A DNA stretch of 63,750 nt, filler included, from Choristocarpus tenellus KU-1152 (lineage: Eukaryota; Protista; Phaeophyceae), in the NCBI GenBank assembly GCA_964200185.2. It is 11 parts of 11 records of this genome, joined end to end, with 100 filler letters (N's around TTAATTAATTAA, not from the genome) between each part and the next. Parts side by side here need not be neighbours in the genome. Positions count along the whole stretch, not along the records: positions 15,965 to 25,375 come from CAXNAD020003697.1; positions 25,476 to 30,233 come from CAXNAD020013167.1; positions 30,334 to 35,267 come from CAXNAD020012473.1; positions 35,368 to 42,948 come from CAXNAD020005934.1; 7 more parts are not named here. One strand, written 5' to 3'. This document shows positions 24,301 to 36,482 of the stretch, in pieces. Under the pieces are notes generated by a model. It saw only the letters and a list, made by a program, of their open reading frames with translations. It ran no database searches and was not told the origin of the DNA. The stretch's first letter is position 1. Each line of letters opens with the position of its first letter. A program made the position numbers and the translations under genes.

Positions 24301-25300
24301 TATGTAAGGGAACAATCCTATCAATCAATAGGCGCTCAACCAATATGTAATACAGTCTGAGGTCACAAGGACCCATACTACTCTTATTATTAGGAAGTAT
24401 CTCAGCTCTGAGATACAATACACTGCGACCTAAAGAAGTGGTCAACATAAAAATCAATGTTGACCAACAGAGTCTTGACGAAAGATCTCACCCAAAAAAA
24501 AATGTTGGGAACGTTTCAATGCAGTCAAGCTCGTCAGAATAGCCCTCTCATGGGAGGCAAAAATCGCTGTGTACTCTTTAACGGTCAATAACCTTTGATG
24601 GCCATTTGGTTCATTTCAAGATTGCCAGAATAGTCCTCTCTTTGAAAGAGAAAAATAGGTGTGCAAGTCACAGACTCTCAAATAACATTAGGAAAGGAAT
24701 ACTTTTTGCTGAACAAATAGATTACCCTGCACCCAAAGAAACACTGCTCATTGAAACAATATTTTCCAAGCTGTGTTGATCTGTTGCTACGTGGAGGTTT
24801 TTATGATCGAAGGGAGTTGCACCGGACTTTAGACTGCTCATACCCTCCCCGCCCCTCGCCCCCAAAGTGCCATGGTGAATTGAGATGGACAAAAACGTGG
24901 GCAACCTTGCTGTTGAAACAGCTTGACTAACAAATCACAAAAATAGCAACATCCAACTCCGTACCAAACATATCATGTAAGTAAGTTGCCATACTCTTGG
25001 GTTCACAAAATATGCACGTATCTCACAACTCAACTAAAACGCACGATTTTAGAGTGACAACAACAATGAGTAAAATATTTTAAACCGTCCAATATGTTTA
25101 GGCAGAGAAGGGTAATGGTCTGGAGCAAGAGTTGAGGGATACTGTAACAAATCACTGTGTGGTGGTTTTCAGAAGCTTATCACCTGCGACCGATGGAGAG
25201 AGCAAAATTTCCCCTTTTCTCCCTCAAAGGCAAAGACTGGCCTCTTTTTGCACCCTGCATGTTGACATCGCTTGTTCACCACATCTACCATGCTTTCATT
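21312..25300 (-). CDS. EsV-1-7 cysteine-rich repeat protein with long Ser/Gly/Pro-rich C-terminal tail (5' end beyond contig)
   Basis: Exon 25184-25300 (NESMVDVVNKRCQHAGCKKRPVFAFEGEKGKFCSLHRSQ) joins in phase 0 via GT-AG to terminal exon 21312-23276 (GMVDVVSRRCDFPGCKRQPS...RYCSLH, then ~615 aa low complexity to TGA). The C-x4-C-x15-C-x2-H spacing with a GMVDVV linker is the EsV-1-7 repeat. Confidence 0.88.
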
Positions 25301-25475
25301 CTGCCAAAAGAAATGAAAACAGGTCACATTTATCCCATGCCATGTTACAATCAAGGGATGAAGTGAGGGGGGGGGNNNNNNNNNNNNNNNNNNNNNNNNN
25401 NNNNNNNNNNNNNNNNNNNTTAATTAATTAANNNNNNNNNNNNNNNNNNNNNNNNNNNNNNNNNNNNNNNNNNNN

Positions 25476-25553
25476 GGAAGTGTCTTTTTCCTGGTTTTCT
25501 CCTAAGAGGCCACCCTGTCGCCGCACCCCCCCCCCCCCCAGATACTTTGGGTC
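25476..25553. mobile_element. MITE family A-type terminal fragment inserted into a family C element
   Basis: Ends (C)nAGATACTTTGGGTC and is immediately followed by family C internal sequence. Confidence 0.7.
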
Positions 25554-25741
25554 ATTTTCCTACTCCAAAACATTTTGGAGTAGATAGAATGTGTATGTCA
25601 TGTCATGGAAAGGTGTATCCGGAACAAGGATATTGACAATTCCTAACAAACACGACAGCCAAAATTACTTCAAAATCGCAACATGGGATTTTGGCCCCCA
25701 AACGCACGCACCTCTACCCTAACCCTAAGATAATTCGGCTC
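25554..25741 (+). mobile_element. MITE family C right part with TIR
   Basis: ATTTTCCTACTCCAAAAC...GATATTGACAATTCCTAACAAACACGACAGCCAAAA...ACCCTAAGATAATTCGGCTC, colinear with 7831-8010 and 14210-14389. Confidence 0.8.
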
Positions 25742-25824
25742 TCTTCTGATTGCCCCATGCAACTCTCCCTTGTACTCTAGTCTCTCCACAGAATTTCACT
25801 ATTGTTACAACTGTCTACAGAGTT

Positions 25825-25873
<49 letters not shown>

Positions 25874-28772
25874 AAGGCATTGCGGCAATCCTTGAGGAAC
25901 AATCCTGTCATCTACTCCTGTGTCTTACTTGTGACAACCAAAACTGGATACCACCAACCTTCCATGGCCAGGATGATGGTGGTGATGGTGCACTCCAGGG
26001 TGCACTGGTGTGCGTGGACAAGAGGTTAGAGGTGGGGAGGGGACTGTGCTGGAGGGAAAGAGGAGGGGACCTTGGCCAGGAGGAACGGAACAGTTCGATG
26101 TGTGCATGGGTAAAGATGTAGTGGTCTTGGTGGGGGGAAAAGAGGAGAAATGAAAAAGGAAACATCCACCACAAAGGAGAAAGGAAACATGCTTGAGTAT
26201 GCACCAGGAGGAAAAAGGCTTAGATCGGGGGTATGCCTGGGTAGAAGGGGTGGGGTTTGGCAGGGAGGGTCTGTGCATGCTTGTGCAGCATTTGATGATC
26301 AAGCTAAATGTACAAGTGTAGCTGTGGTGTGCGTGTATAATATTGTTTGTCTTGCTCATGTCCTTAGATAAGAATCACCTTCACACTCCTTAGATAAGAA
26401 TCGCCTTCACACTCTTTAATAAAAATATAAACTTGTTGGACTAGAGCTAAGAGGGGAGGTGGGGGTGTCTAATGATAGCTACAAAGATCCACTGCTCGGC
26501 ATGTAGCAATCAGTTACATTTATCTTTTTAATATCAAAATAATTACTGAACACAACCTTATCAATATACTAGACTACTCCGAGGGAGGAGAGGATCATTA
26601 TTTCCCAACATACTACTACAATTTGGTAACAATAATGACTATGATTGCCAGTCACAAAAAATTTGTAGAAACACATAATATTTGGGAATAAAGTCTCTAC
26701 TACAATACTACTACAAATAGGGCGAAAGAGATGGACTCAGCAGACAAGGCTCTTTGGGATGAAGTGGAGTGGGAAGACCCACAGGAGGCTGAGGAGAGGA
26801 GAGAGACAACAGGGAAGGGAAGCCACTTCAGGAATGTGTCACTCACACGTTGGGGGTGAGGTAGATGAGGAACGACGAGGGAAGATGTACAGTTACAGTT
26901 ACAGTTACACATTTCGCATTAGTTCATAGATAGCGTAAATTTCATCGAGATCAAAAATCTGTTCCGTCTATGCATAAAAAAATAAAAATTCATGGAGGGG
27001 GTATTATATACCTTGAAGCGAAATAAACGTATGCACCGAAAAGGTATATACCTTGAAGTGATTTTTTTTTCTTTCCAAATTCTCATTTTGCCCTATTTGA
27101 GAGTGGGTTACCAACCAACTTCCGACAGAACTATTTCAATCACCGTTCCATCTCTACATTGTCCAATGAGAACAAGAAAACAAAACAAAACAACCCCCCC
27201 CCCTGAGAGGTACCCACTCTTTGTACGTTTTTGCATTTAGAGCCAGTTTTTTTTTTTCTTCACTCTCTTTCAATTTCACCCACAGTTCTATGGACAAAAG
27301 TCCTAAGCTTGACTCGAGAGGGTTGATTCATTTCTCTGTCGATAGAATTTTTTGATAGAAATTTTCCTGACACGATCTGGAAAACATATCCCTTCATGCA
27401 TTTGTAAAAAGGGCCGAACTTGAAGTATTTTCTGACATCGGCATCCTTCCAACCATAGATACCTCTTGCTTACTTTGACTTGAACATGGCTAACAATACC
27501 AAACATGGCTGACAACGTCAAACAACACACTCATGTTGTCCCCCCATAGCACCGACGCTGCCCTCTCTGCCACACCCACTACATGGCTACTCTACAGACT
27601 TCCTCACCCCCCACTACTCATTTGATCAAATCACAAGAATAAATAAATAAAAAGTATTTTCTTCTTTCTTCTTTTATTTTGCTAAATTCGACACTGTAAC
27701 AACATTCTTTTTCAAAAGACATCAACATACATCAACAAGGTTCAATGCGTCTAATCGTGCTAGTCCAATCATGCATGGAATCAACCATCGGGCAGAGGAA
27801 CATGTCCCCTCAAGAGCCCCATTGCCAACATCTATACTTCAAGTAGAGGAGCCAATACCATGACCGGGCCTGTTACTGAGTGTACGCAAGAGGGGATCAG
27901 AAATCAGAGGAATTCCCCCCCCCCCCAAAAAAAAAATGGGAAAAAAAATAAATATATATTTTTACCGAATTAGGGTTTAGGGTTAGGGGGTATACTGGAG
28001 GTGTACTAGAGCCCACGGCAGGTAGCAATATTGACTTCCACAAAAAAACACAAAAAAACTCTTAGGGTGTCGATCGATGTCTTTTGTACCTTGTCAATGC
28101 CCAACAAGGGTTCTGGCACTAGCCTTCGCCTAAATTGGCTAATCTGGCACTAGCTTTATCTTCTGATGCTCTCTTCTTCCAGGAGCTCCTAGAACCGTTT
28201 CTCTAGTCTCGGCAACAGCCTCTACTTGCAGTTTTTTATTATTATTGGAAGGGCCTCTCGGAGGGGATCGTTCTTATTCTTCTTCTTCTTCCCAGACAAT
28301 TCAGATCTTTGGGGGACGGGCATGTGATGGTGACATCACAGGCACGTGTTGTTGGTTTTGGCATTCAAACAATCACAGAGGTGCACTCAAGTATTAGTTT
28401 TATATATTGTAACATTATCTTAGCCTATTTATTGTCTTGGCTTATTAAATTGTAACATTATCAAGCAAGCGGATGGGGAATAGCTCTACACGCAATGTTC
28501 AGTAGATATGCCAGGTGCAACCCTGGGCAAAGCCAGTGCAATGGGGAAACACTTGTATCACTGTAAAGATTACTGTAAAGATTGTTGGCTTCATGACGCT
28601 TGGCACTGCTGTTTGCTTTGCGTTAGGGTTAGATAAATAGATGGAGAGGTAAAAATCTCCCTTGATGTACTTCACTTGGAGAGGATCGGTTGTAACCCTA
28701 ACCCTAGAAATAGGATGCAAAAGTCGAGGCGTGGGAATCACTGACCTCTGCGAGTGGAACGCACATTTGACC

Positions 28773-29046
28773 AATAATAATAATAATAATGATAATAATA
28801 AAAAATAATAATAATAATAATGATAATAATAAAAATAATAATGATAGTAATAATAATAATAATGATAATAATAATAATAATGATAATATTAATAATGATA
28901 ATAATAATAATGATAATAATAATGATGATAATAATAATAATAAAAATAATGATAATAGTAATAATAATAGTAATGATAATAATAATGATAATAATAATAG
29001 TAATAATAATGATAATAATAAAAATAATAATAGTAATAATAAAAAT
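28773..29046. repeat. Degenerate (AAT/GAT)n microsatellite
   Basis: ~270 bp of AAT with GAT/AGT/AAA variants. Confidence 0.95.
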
Positions 29047-32000
29047 TACCCCTCAAATTCCATTATCGGTAAAATAATAATATTCATATTAATAATAATA
29101 ATTGTGACAAGGCACAACTACTACTATTCACAACAGTAAATGCCATTGCCTTGAATTCTCAGGAGATAAACACACGGTGGTCCACACAAAAATAAATAAA
29201 TAAATAAATAACAAAAAATAGAGAATTAACTACTAAATTTATATTGCAGTCGCTTCAGAGTTTTTTGAGTGCCAGCGGTAAAAAAAAAAATGGTCATTTT
29301 TCTTTTTGGTTACAATGTATATAGATTAAATCCTGAAAATTCCAGATTTCTGCTTCTGGAAAAAAAAACAAAAACAGGACTACTTGAGTACAATGGACGG
29401 GAACATATCGACCCAGAGTATTTTAGGGTTAGGGTCGCATCCGTTCGGGATGATCAATCCAATGTTTTGTTGCGATTTTGATGTCCTTGTTCCGGATATT
29501 GACATATTTCATAGTCGTATACACTCTAGGGTTAGGGTTAGGGTTCACAAAAAAAAAAGAAGCAGAGCCCTAAAAGGACGGACTGTAGGGTCATGATACA
29601 ACGAAACAGATGACGGTGTGAGGGTCATCGCAACACACTACACACCCCAATTTGAGACATTTGTTGTGTGTGTGTGTGTGTGTGTGTATGTGTGTACACA
29701 TACCACTGGTACTCCCCTCCTCCAAAAAAAGAAAAACTAATATATATATATATATATTTCAATTATTTTCATTCTCATTGTGTATGACAAAAAACCATAA
29801 TTATACTTTTTTTTACTTAATAAAAAAAACCATTAAAGAAAAAAAGGCAAGCATTTTTTTTTGTATTTTTTGTTTTTGTCATTTTTTTTTTTCCAGAAGA
29901 GGATTGTTGTATGTATTGGTTGTTTCTCTGTCGGGTGCACTCCTAATAATGAATGAATCATTTGTATCATTGTCAATGGCAATGAATGACTCAATGGAGA
30001 TGATTTGATGGTCATCTCTCTTTCTTGCCAGGTTATTGAACGATATCGTTAAATTTTCTCAACACCTCTTGTTCATCTCAACATCTCCTCACTTTTCCAG
30101 TTCACTGTGGTCAGCAGTGCTACACTAATATAATAATAAATATAATAATACAAAATAAAATCAACTCGACACGCACACAAACATAAAAAAATAATTATAA
30201 TTATTACAAGATGATATCCAGGCGGATGGGGGGNNNNNNNNNNNNNNNNNNNNNNNNNNNNNNNNNNNNNNNNNNNNTTAATTAATTAANNNNNNNNNNN
30301 NNNNNNNNNNNNNNNNNNNNNNNNNNNNNNNNNACACCAATACCCAATATCCGTCACAATTGAGGAGTATCAGCTCAACCCCCCCCCTGCCCCACCCCCA
30401 CCGACCCCCTTCCATCGTGCCTTGCGCTTCCGCTGGTGCTCCAACAGTTCTTCGTTTGCACGATTGCTGGTTGGCTCTGCCCAGTCATGCTCCTGCAGTT
30501 TTCCTGTGTTACGCTGAATGTTCTGACGAAAAGCTTGTCCTCGGACGTGACTGAAAAAACAATGGAGTAAAGCGTAAGGGGTGTGTGAGTGGGGGGGTAA
30601 AACTGAGATCGTGGCTCGTGCTTGGGGAGCGGTAGGAAGTTGACGCCACTGCTTTATTATATACCCACAGAGATCATGCCAATACGTTCAGGGGAAGACA
30701 ATGGCCGAACTTAACGAACACAACAGAATCAGTAGTGCTGGCAAAGCAGTATTGTACAGTTGTATTATTACCTAATGAAAAAGTATCAATCAGACGGTAC
30801 ATCTTTTAAAATTTGCTGTATCCGTCTTTTCTTGGCATTAGTTAGGTATGGGATGGTTACAAGTGTGAGTGCAATTTTGTGCACGTGCGATATGGAGAGC
30901 ATTGGAAGGTTGTGCTTCTCTTGCAGGCAAGGCTCATGGATTCTACAATGTTCCCCACGTTTACTGAGACAACCAAATGTAAAGCAGGCTTTATGCAGTA
31001 GCTTAGGTAGCGAGTACATTTGGTGAATGGGCAGAAGCTGGCGAGAATGGCACCAAGACGATTCCACCTTCGCAACCCCCCCCCCGACGGAGCCCTTCCC
31101 GCTCCATATCGCTTCTGTTTCCGTTGGTCAGCCACTCTCGATATGGTCAAGAGTTAGACTGAGGTACGGTGATCACTTGGAGAAAAATGACATCGAGTGC
31201 TGGCCTGTCGCAAGCACGGATACATTTTCCAATGGCGGTGTGTCTTATCACATCAATACCGTAAAGCCAGTATTGCTATTGGCAAAGCTTTGGGGTTGGA
31301 ACGACCTGCACAATTTTGAGGCAAAAACCAGTGTGACCGTGACCGGACTTACCTTCTATTGGCCATAACATGTCCGCTTGTTCCAGACCCTCGAGGGGTT
31401 TTGAGGCCGATGTTGTTGTACATGGTGTATCCCCCCAATAATTGTCGTGGCAAAAGACCGGAAAGCTTACGAGGAAAGAGTGGAGTGCAGCTGCAGGACA
31501 CAGATGGCGTACGCCACGAGGGGGATTCATATCAGTCACTTTTTCGCCTTGACATCTATATTTTGATATTTTTGCGAAGGAGTAGGGCTCGCGGAACCTT
31601 GGTTATGGCAGGAAGCTCGAGAGCCTTCTCGAGGATTTAGTTTAGTCAGTTGACGGATAGACAAAGACCAACACGAAAAAAAACACTAGGTTCTTCATCT
31701 GGTATCCATTCTATCCTTTACAACGGGCCTAACCCCACCAGCCTGCCAAAACTAAGTCTTCCCTTCGAATTGGGACACATAGTTGGCCCCCCCTCTCTCT
31801 ACCATCGATGCCCGTACACCTTCAGCCACCGTCAGATTCTCTCTCCACTAAACGAGTTTCTGTATATCGCAGCTGGACTCACCTCACCGAAATATTTCCT
31901 AATGCTCTTGAGCTTTCGCTACACCCCAGCAGAACTATCCTGTACTCCACTTGTGACACCACACACAGAGGCATATCAATAAATCAAGCCTCGAAAAAAA

Positions 32001-33747
32001 ATAATATTCACCACTATTTCCTCACCACCTCCCAACCATTATGAAGGTGGTCCGTAAATCTGGTGCCTACCTCTGACCAATTCTGTTGTCCTGCAAGTCA
32101 CTTTGCACATTCCCTCAAAGCTGGATCGGGCACGAAGGGGCAAGTGTAGGTCGGGGTAGGGCGTGGGTTGTCGGGTTGAGCGAAACGCAGACTGGCAGAG
32201 GTCTACTGTCGTCGGACCAGAAGGACGAACGTTCTCAGGAGTAGAAAGAGTGAAGACCAGGGCTGACTGAGGGTCTTGGATCGTTACCAGTACCTAAACA
32301 TTTCAAGCCCTTGCTTCGAGCAGATATTGCGATTGGGAGTTGTTTTGCTGGATAAGGATCTACAATGGGGGATCGCAAACGGAGACTAGACGTCTCTGGA
32401 CTAGGGTAAGTGGCAACAGACACTGTCTCACGAATACCCACAAAGAAACGTTGCATGCCTACTCTGGTTTTGTGTTGGCATATGATCTCGAGGGGTTGCG
32501 CAAGGCGCACAATTTTGTTTTTATCGAGGGTAGCAGAACCTGTGTGAGGCTGTTGGGAGACCACATCTTGTTCTGCGTAGGAAAGATCAGGCCCTAGTAT
32601 CAACTGTTGCTGAAATCGAGATTTCTTCTACTGTGATTGTGGTGACATCTTGCGGGGTCTGCGTGATAAAATATTGTAATTATGTCTAGTCGTACTGTTA
32701 CGGATATTTTGGGAAATGATCAAATCAAGTTTTGACGATTTCTTGACAGTTCATGTGAGTGCATTGCATGTTCGACTGGCTGTATAGGATACAACTCTAG
32801 TTAATCAATCATGCAGGGAGCTTTTTCATTTGCGCAGGGAATGTAAACTTTGTTTGACCTTAAGCTATGGTGTCGTGATATACGCTGCTGATATTATGCA
32901 TCGCAATATATAGTATTGGTCAAGTTGTTTCATCTGACAAACACATCGAGACAATGAAGATCACTTGTTGACAATGAGGGTCAATGTAGCGTGCGCTTTG
33001 TTTTCAGTCACTATTCAGCAATTGATCTGTCTACATGGAAGGCATGGCAGCTTACACAGATGCTGTCACCGCCGCATATCTGTATCTATATCAATTATAT
33101 ATAGATGCATTCCCTCGCATTTGCAACCTTTGTCCAATGAAAGACATGAGTGAAAAGTTCTTTTTGGGCAAGGTTTGTCTGCATGTGACGGACACCCCTC
33201 CTCTAGTCTGCTAATGAAGACAGCATTAGAAAATTTCTCTGGATATGCAGCGCTGGACACATTAGTGCCATCCAAACGCGTAACCACTTTACACTGCCTT
33301 CCGCAAGAGATTATTCCCCCTCAAGAAAAGGCTTTGTACTCCATCGAACAGTCTTGTGCTCCAATGAATGTATTTTAGTGTGCCAGAGGCGAGCCAAACA
33401 AACTTAAGCACTATACCTAACACAGCAATCGCAGAACATACCGACGATCATGCCCAATGGTAATGTAGTCTTTGCTGGGTGCCACTCCCAAGATGCGATC
33501 CGAAGAGCCCGTGTAGGCCTCTTCGATTGTCGTTTCAAAGACGTGGGTGTTACAATGCCACTATTGGTACTGTAAGTCTAAACCGAATGCGCGCTCATCA
33601 CGGACCACTTCCCGGTAAGAATTTTGTAGAGAATTTTGGAGGCGATGAAGAAAATTGGCACAACAGGTCTGGAGCTTTAAGATATCACCCCAAGGACTAT
33701 CGTGGGAACACGGGTCAGCAAAAAGCGACCAATTTCTGAAGGCGAGG

Positions 33748-33799
<52 letters not shown>

Positions 33800-34634
33800 A
33801 GTTTCAAGGCGACTCTCTGAGATGGAGTGCCTTGATTGTCTTCACATCTTCTTGTTGGAGCGCTTTGCCGCACCGGCCTCGGCGCATGCGACTTAGGGTT
33901 ATAGGGGGTTTGTCGTTAGGGTTGACGCATCCACTGAACGAGAAAATATATATATATATATGTATTTTTTTTTTTTTGAAGATATTTTTTTTCGTTTAAA
34001 ATCGGTTCTGTTTATTTTTTTTTTGCATCTTCTGAAATCGGCTTGTCCCAATAGCTGGATTGATGGTATTTGGCCATGGCAAGCGGATGATGACAAGCAC
34101 CACGGCCACACACAACAGAAGAATAGTCCTCTTGCCTGGCGACATATATTTATTCTCCTTTAAAGATGCTCTTCGCGTCTCTCTCCGTCGGAGTTGAGTT
34201 GAGGAAGGATCAGTGCGATTTATTTTTAATTTTTTAATTTTTTAATTTTTAACTTTTGTTTTGTTTTGTTTTGGTCTAGTCGATTTTTTTTTTTTTAAAC
34301 TTGGGCTCCTCTCACACATGGACGCGTCTGTTGCCTATCTGAGAAGAGTTGGCGCATTACTATGCATGTGTGTGTAGCTTTTTGTTCGTGAGACACCCAA
34401 TTGGCCCACTGATCACTAGTTCTTGGATTATGTACCTTGAATTGGTGAGGTGTCTCTGCTGCCCTCCAGTGGTAGTAAATATGTATGTATCTCTCTGTAT
34501 GTATCCCTCTACATGTGTACATGTATGCACATGCAGTTGTGTAGTCATTGCCCGTAGATACTAGTGCTTAGGAACTTCTCAACAGCAAGTAGAAGCACGT
34601 GTGGTCCTGTTTTTTCTGGTAGACACCGTTTGGG

Positions 34635-34801
34635 AATGTATGTATATATGTATGTATAAATGTATTTGTGAATGTGCTATGTATGAATGTATGTATTTGT
34701 GAATATATTTATGTATGGATGTATGTATTTGTGAATGTATGTATGTATGTATGTATTTGTGAATGTATGTATGTATGTATGTATGTATGTATGTATGTAT
34801 G
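34635..34801. repeat. (TATG)n microsatellite
   Basis: Degenerate to perfect TATG run. Confidence 0.9.
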
Positions 34802-35070
34802 CATAGAGGAGGTTGTCTGAATTGCCAAAATTGACAATTTAGGGTTAGGGTCATTGCTGAGATCACTGTTATTATCAGAAACAAGAGGCCAATGCAGTCA
34901 AAGCAAGAAGAATTGTGTCCCTTTTTTTGACGAGTGGGGTGTTTCTTTGCTGTGGCTACGTCCAGTGGCATGGTGGCACGAATGCCTTCCTTTTCTATAT
35001 AAATAGGACAGTGATGAGTGCTGTTGAAGAGGTTTATATCACCCTTGTTTTGAGGACTGTGCTACACGTA

Positions 35071-35175
35071 TGTAGTATTGTGAAGCAGCTCTGTAGTATT
35101 GTGAAGTAGCTCTGTGGTGTCATGAAGTAGCTCTGTAGTATTGTCAATTAGCTCTGTAGTGTCACAAACTTGCTC
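35071..35175. repeat. 21-bp minisatellite (TGTAGTATTGTGAAGTAGCTC) x~5
   Basis: Direct inspection. Confidence 0.8.
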
Positions 35176-35236
35176 TATGGGCATTAGTTAGAGCTCACTC
35201 TTAATTTGCCCTCTATATACACTTCTTTTACACTTC

Positions 35237-35267
35237 GACCCAAAGTGTCTGGGGGGGGGGGAAGGGG
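35237..35267. mobile_element. MITE family A TIR at contig end
   Basis: GACCCAAAGTGTCTG(G)n. Confidence 0.65.
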
Positions 35268-36282
35268 NNNNNNNNNNNNNNNNNNNNNNNNNNNNNNNNN
35301 NNNNNNNNNNNTTAATTAATTAANNNNNNNNNNNNNNNNNNNNNNNNNNNNNNNNNNNNNNNNNNNNATACCTCATTTGACTTGGCATGGATTGTCTGGT
35401 TCAGAGGCCTGGGCCCCCATAAGTAGGCCTTAGCCAGCAGGTGACAACATTGCATAAACGGGAAATAATGGCAAGAGAATGGAGAGACAAAAATGTGCAT
35501 GTTCTCCGGGTGAAGATGGCCTCTTCTGGAGTCAAAATCGTCCATAAATACGGGGTTCGCGCGCATCTCCATGCGAACCGCTCGCGGAATACTTGATTTA
35601 AGTATGGTCCTGTATTTCTCACGATTACTAGAAGTTGACCAACCGAGACCCATCAAATAAGGTTAACCATACTGATGCGATCACAACAAACTAATTTTCA
35701 GGAAAAAATTGTTGTTGATCAGAAGCTATGGCACGACAAAGTTGATGCAGGAGGCGACTGCCAACACTGTACAGGCGACTGCCAACACTACACCCTCATC
35801 GAAGAGCTTCGTCGGGAAAAGTGCGTGGAGGCATGTGTGGGATCTAGTTTAGTCTGTAGTTGGTGAAAGAGATCAACATATAGGGTCTGATCCATTTGTG
35901 CCTTGATGTACCAGGTGTTATCTGGCGAAGTGTTGGTGATTAACTACCCTTTCACACCTTGTGCTTGTTCTGGTCTCTGTCCCGCTTAATCTTTTTCACC
36001 CCCTGTTTGTACACAATGATTATCCCAGGTGAAGGCACTTGCTAACGCGCACCAAGAGGTGCTAACGGCCCTTGCCCAGGTACACCTTGAGTGTGTTCGG
36101 CCTAGCCTCAGTTCTCCCCAATTCCTGGTGAGTTGACCTGTACTGAACTTGCATTCTGTTGGAAACAAGGTATTGCTCACTATTACCTCGATCCTTTGGC
36201 ACACTGACTCTTCTTTCGGTGGAATTTGCACCTTTACACTTTTTTGTTACAGGATTTCAGCTTTCCTGATTAATTTGGTGGT

Positions 36283-36482
36283 TCTACAATTGCTGCAATG
36301 TTCCTGCCCCCCTCCCCTAATCCTTTAAACTCTTTATTACATGCCTTTCGCTGCCCCGAGGAATTACGAGCTTCTGCAATTGCTGCAATTCCCCTGCCCC
36401 CGTCCCCTGGTCCCTTGAACTCTTTGTTGCAGATTTTCCACTTTCCTGAGGAATTACGGGTTTCTGCAGTTGCTGCAATTGC
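36283..36482. repeat. 90-bp tandem repeat x~2.2
   Basis: TCT.CA.TTGCTGCAAT recurs every 90 bp; frame-preserving (IAAIAEARNSSG / IAATAETRNSSG on the minus strand). Confidence 0.8.

Noticed and set aside
25956-26890. Possible minus-strand exons (DHYIFTHAHIELFRSSW...; VSDTFLKWLPFP...)
   Set aside because: No recognisable domain and no second phase-compatible exon could be established.
28789-29139. Poly-Asn and poly-Ile ORFs (also 4154-4342 and 63468-63720)
   Set aside because: Translations of AAT microsatellites.
29410-29592. Possible further MITE beginning GACCCAGAGTATTTTAGGG
   Set aside because: The left end resembles the family TIR, but the right end is poor and there is no TSD.
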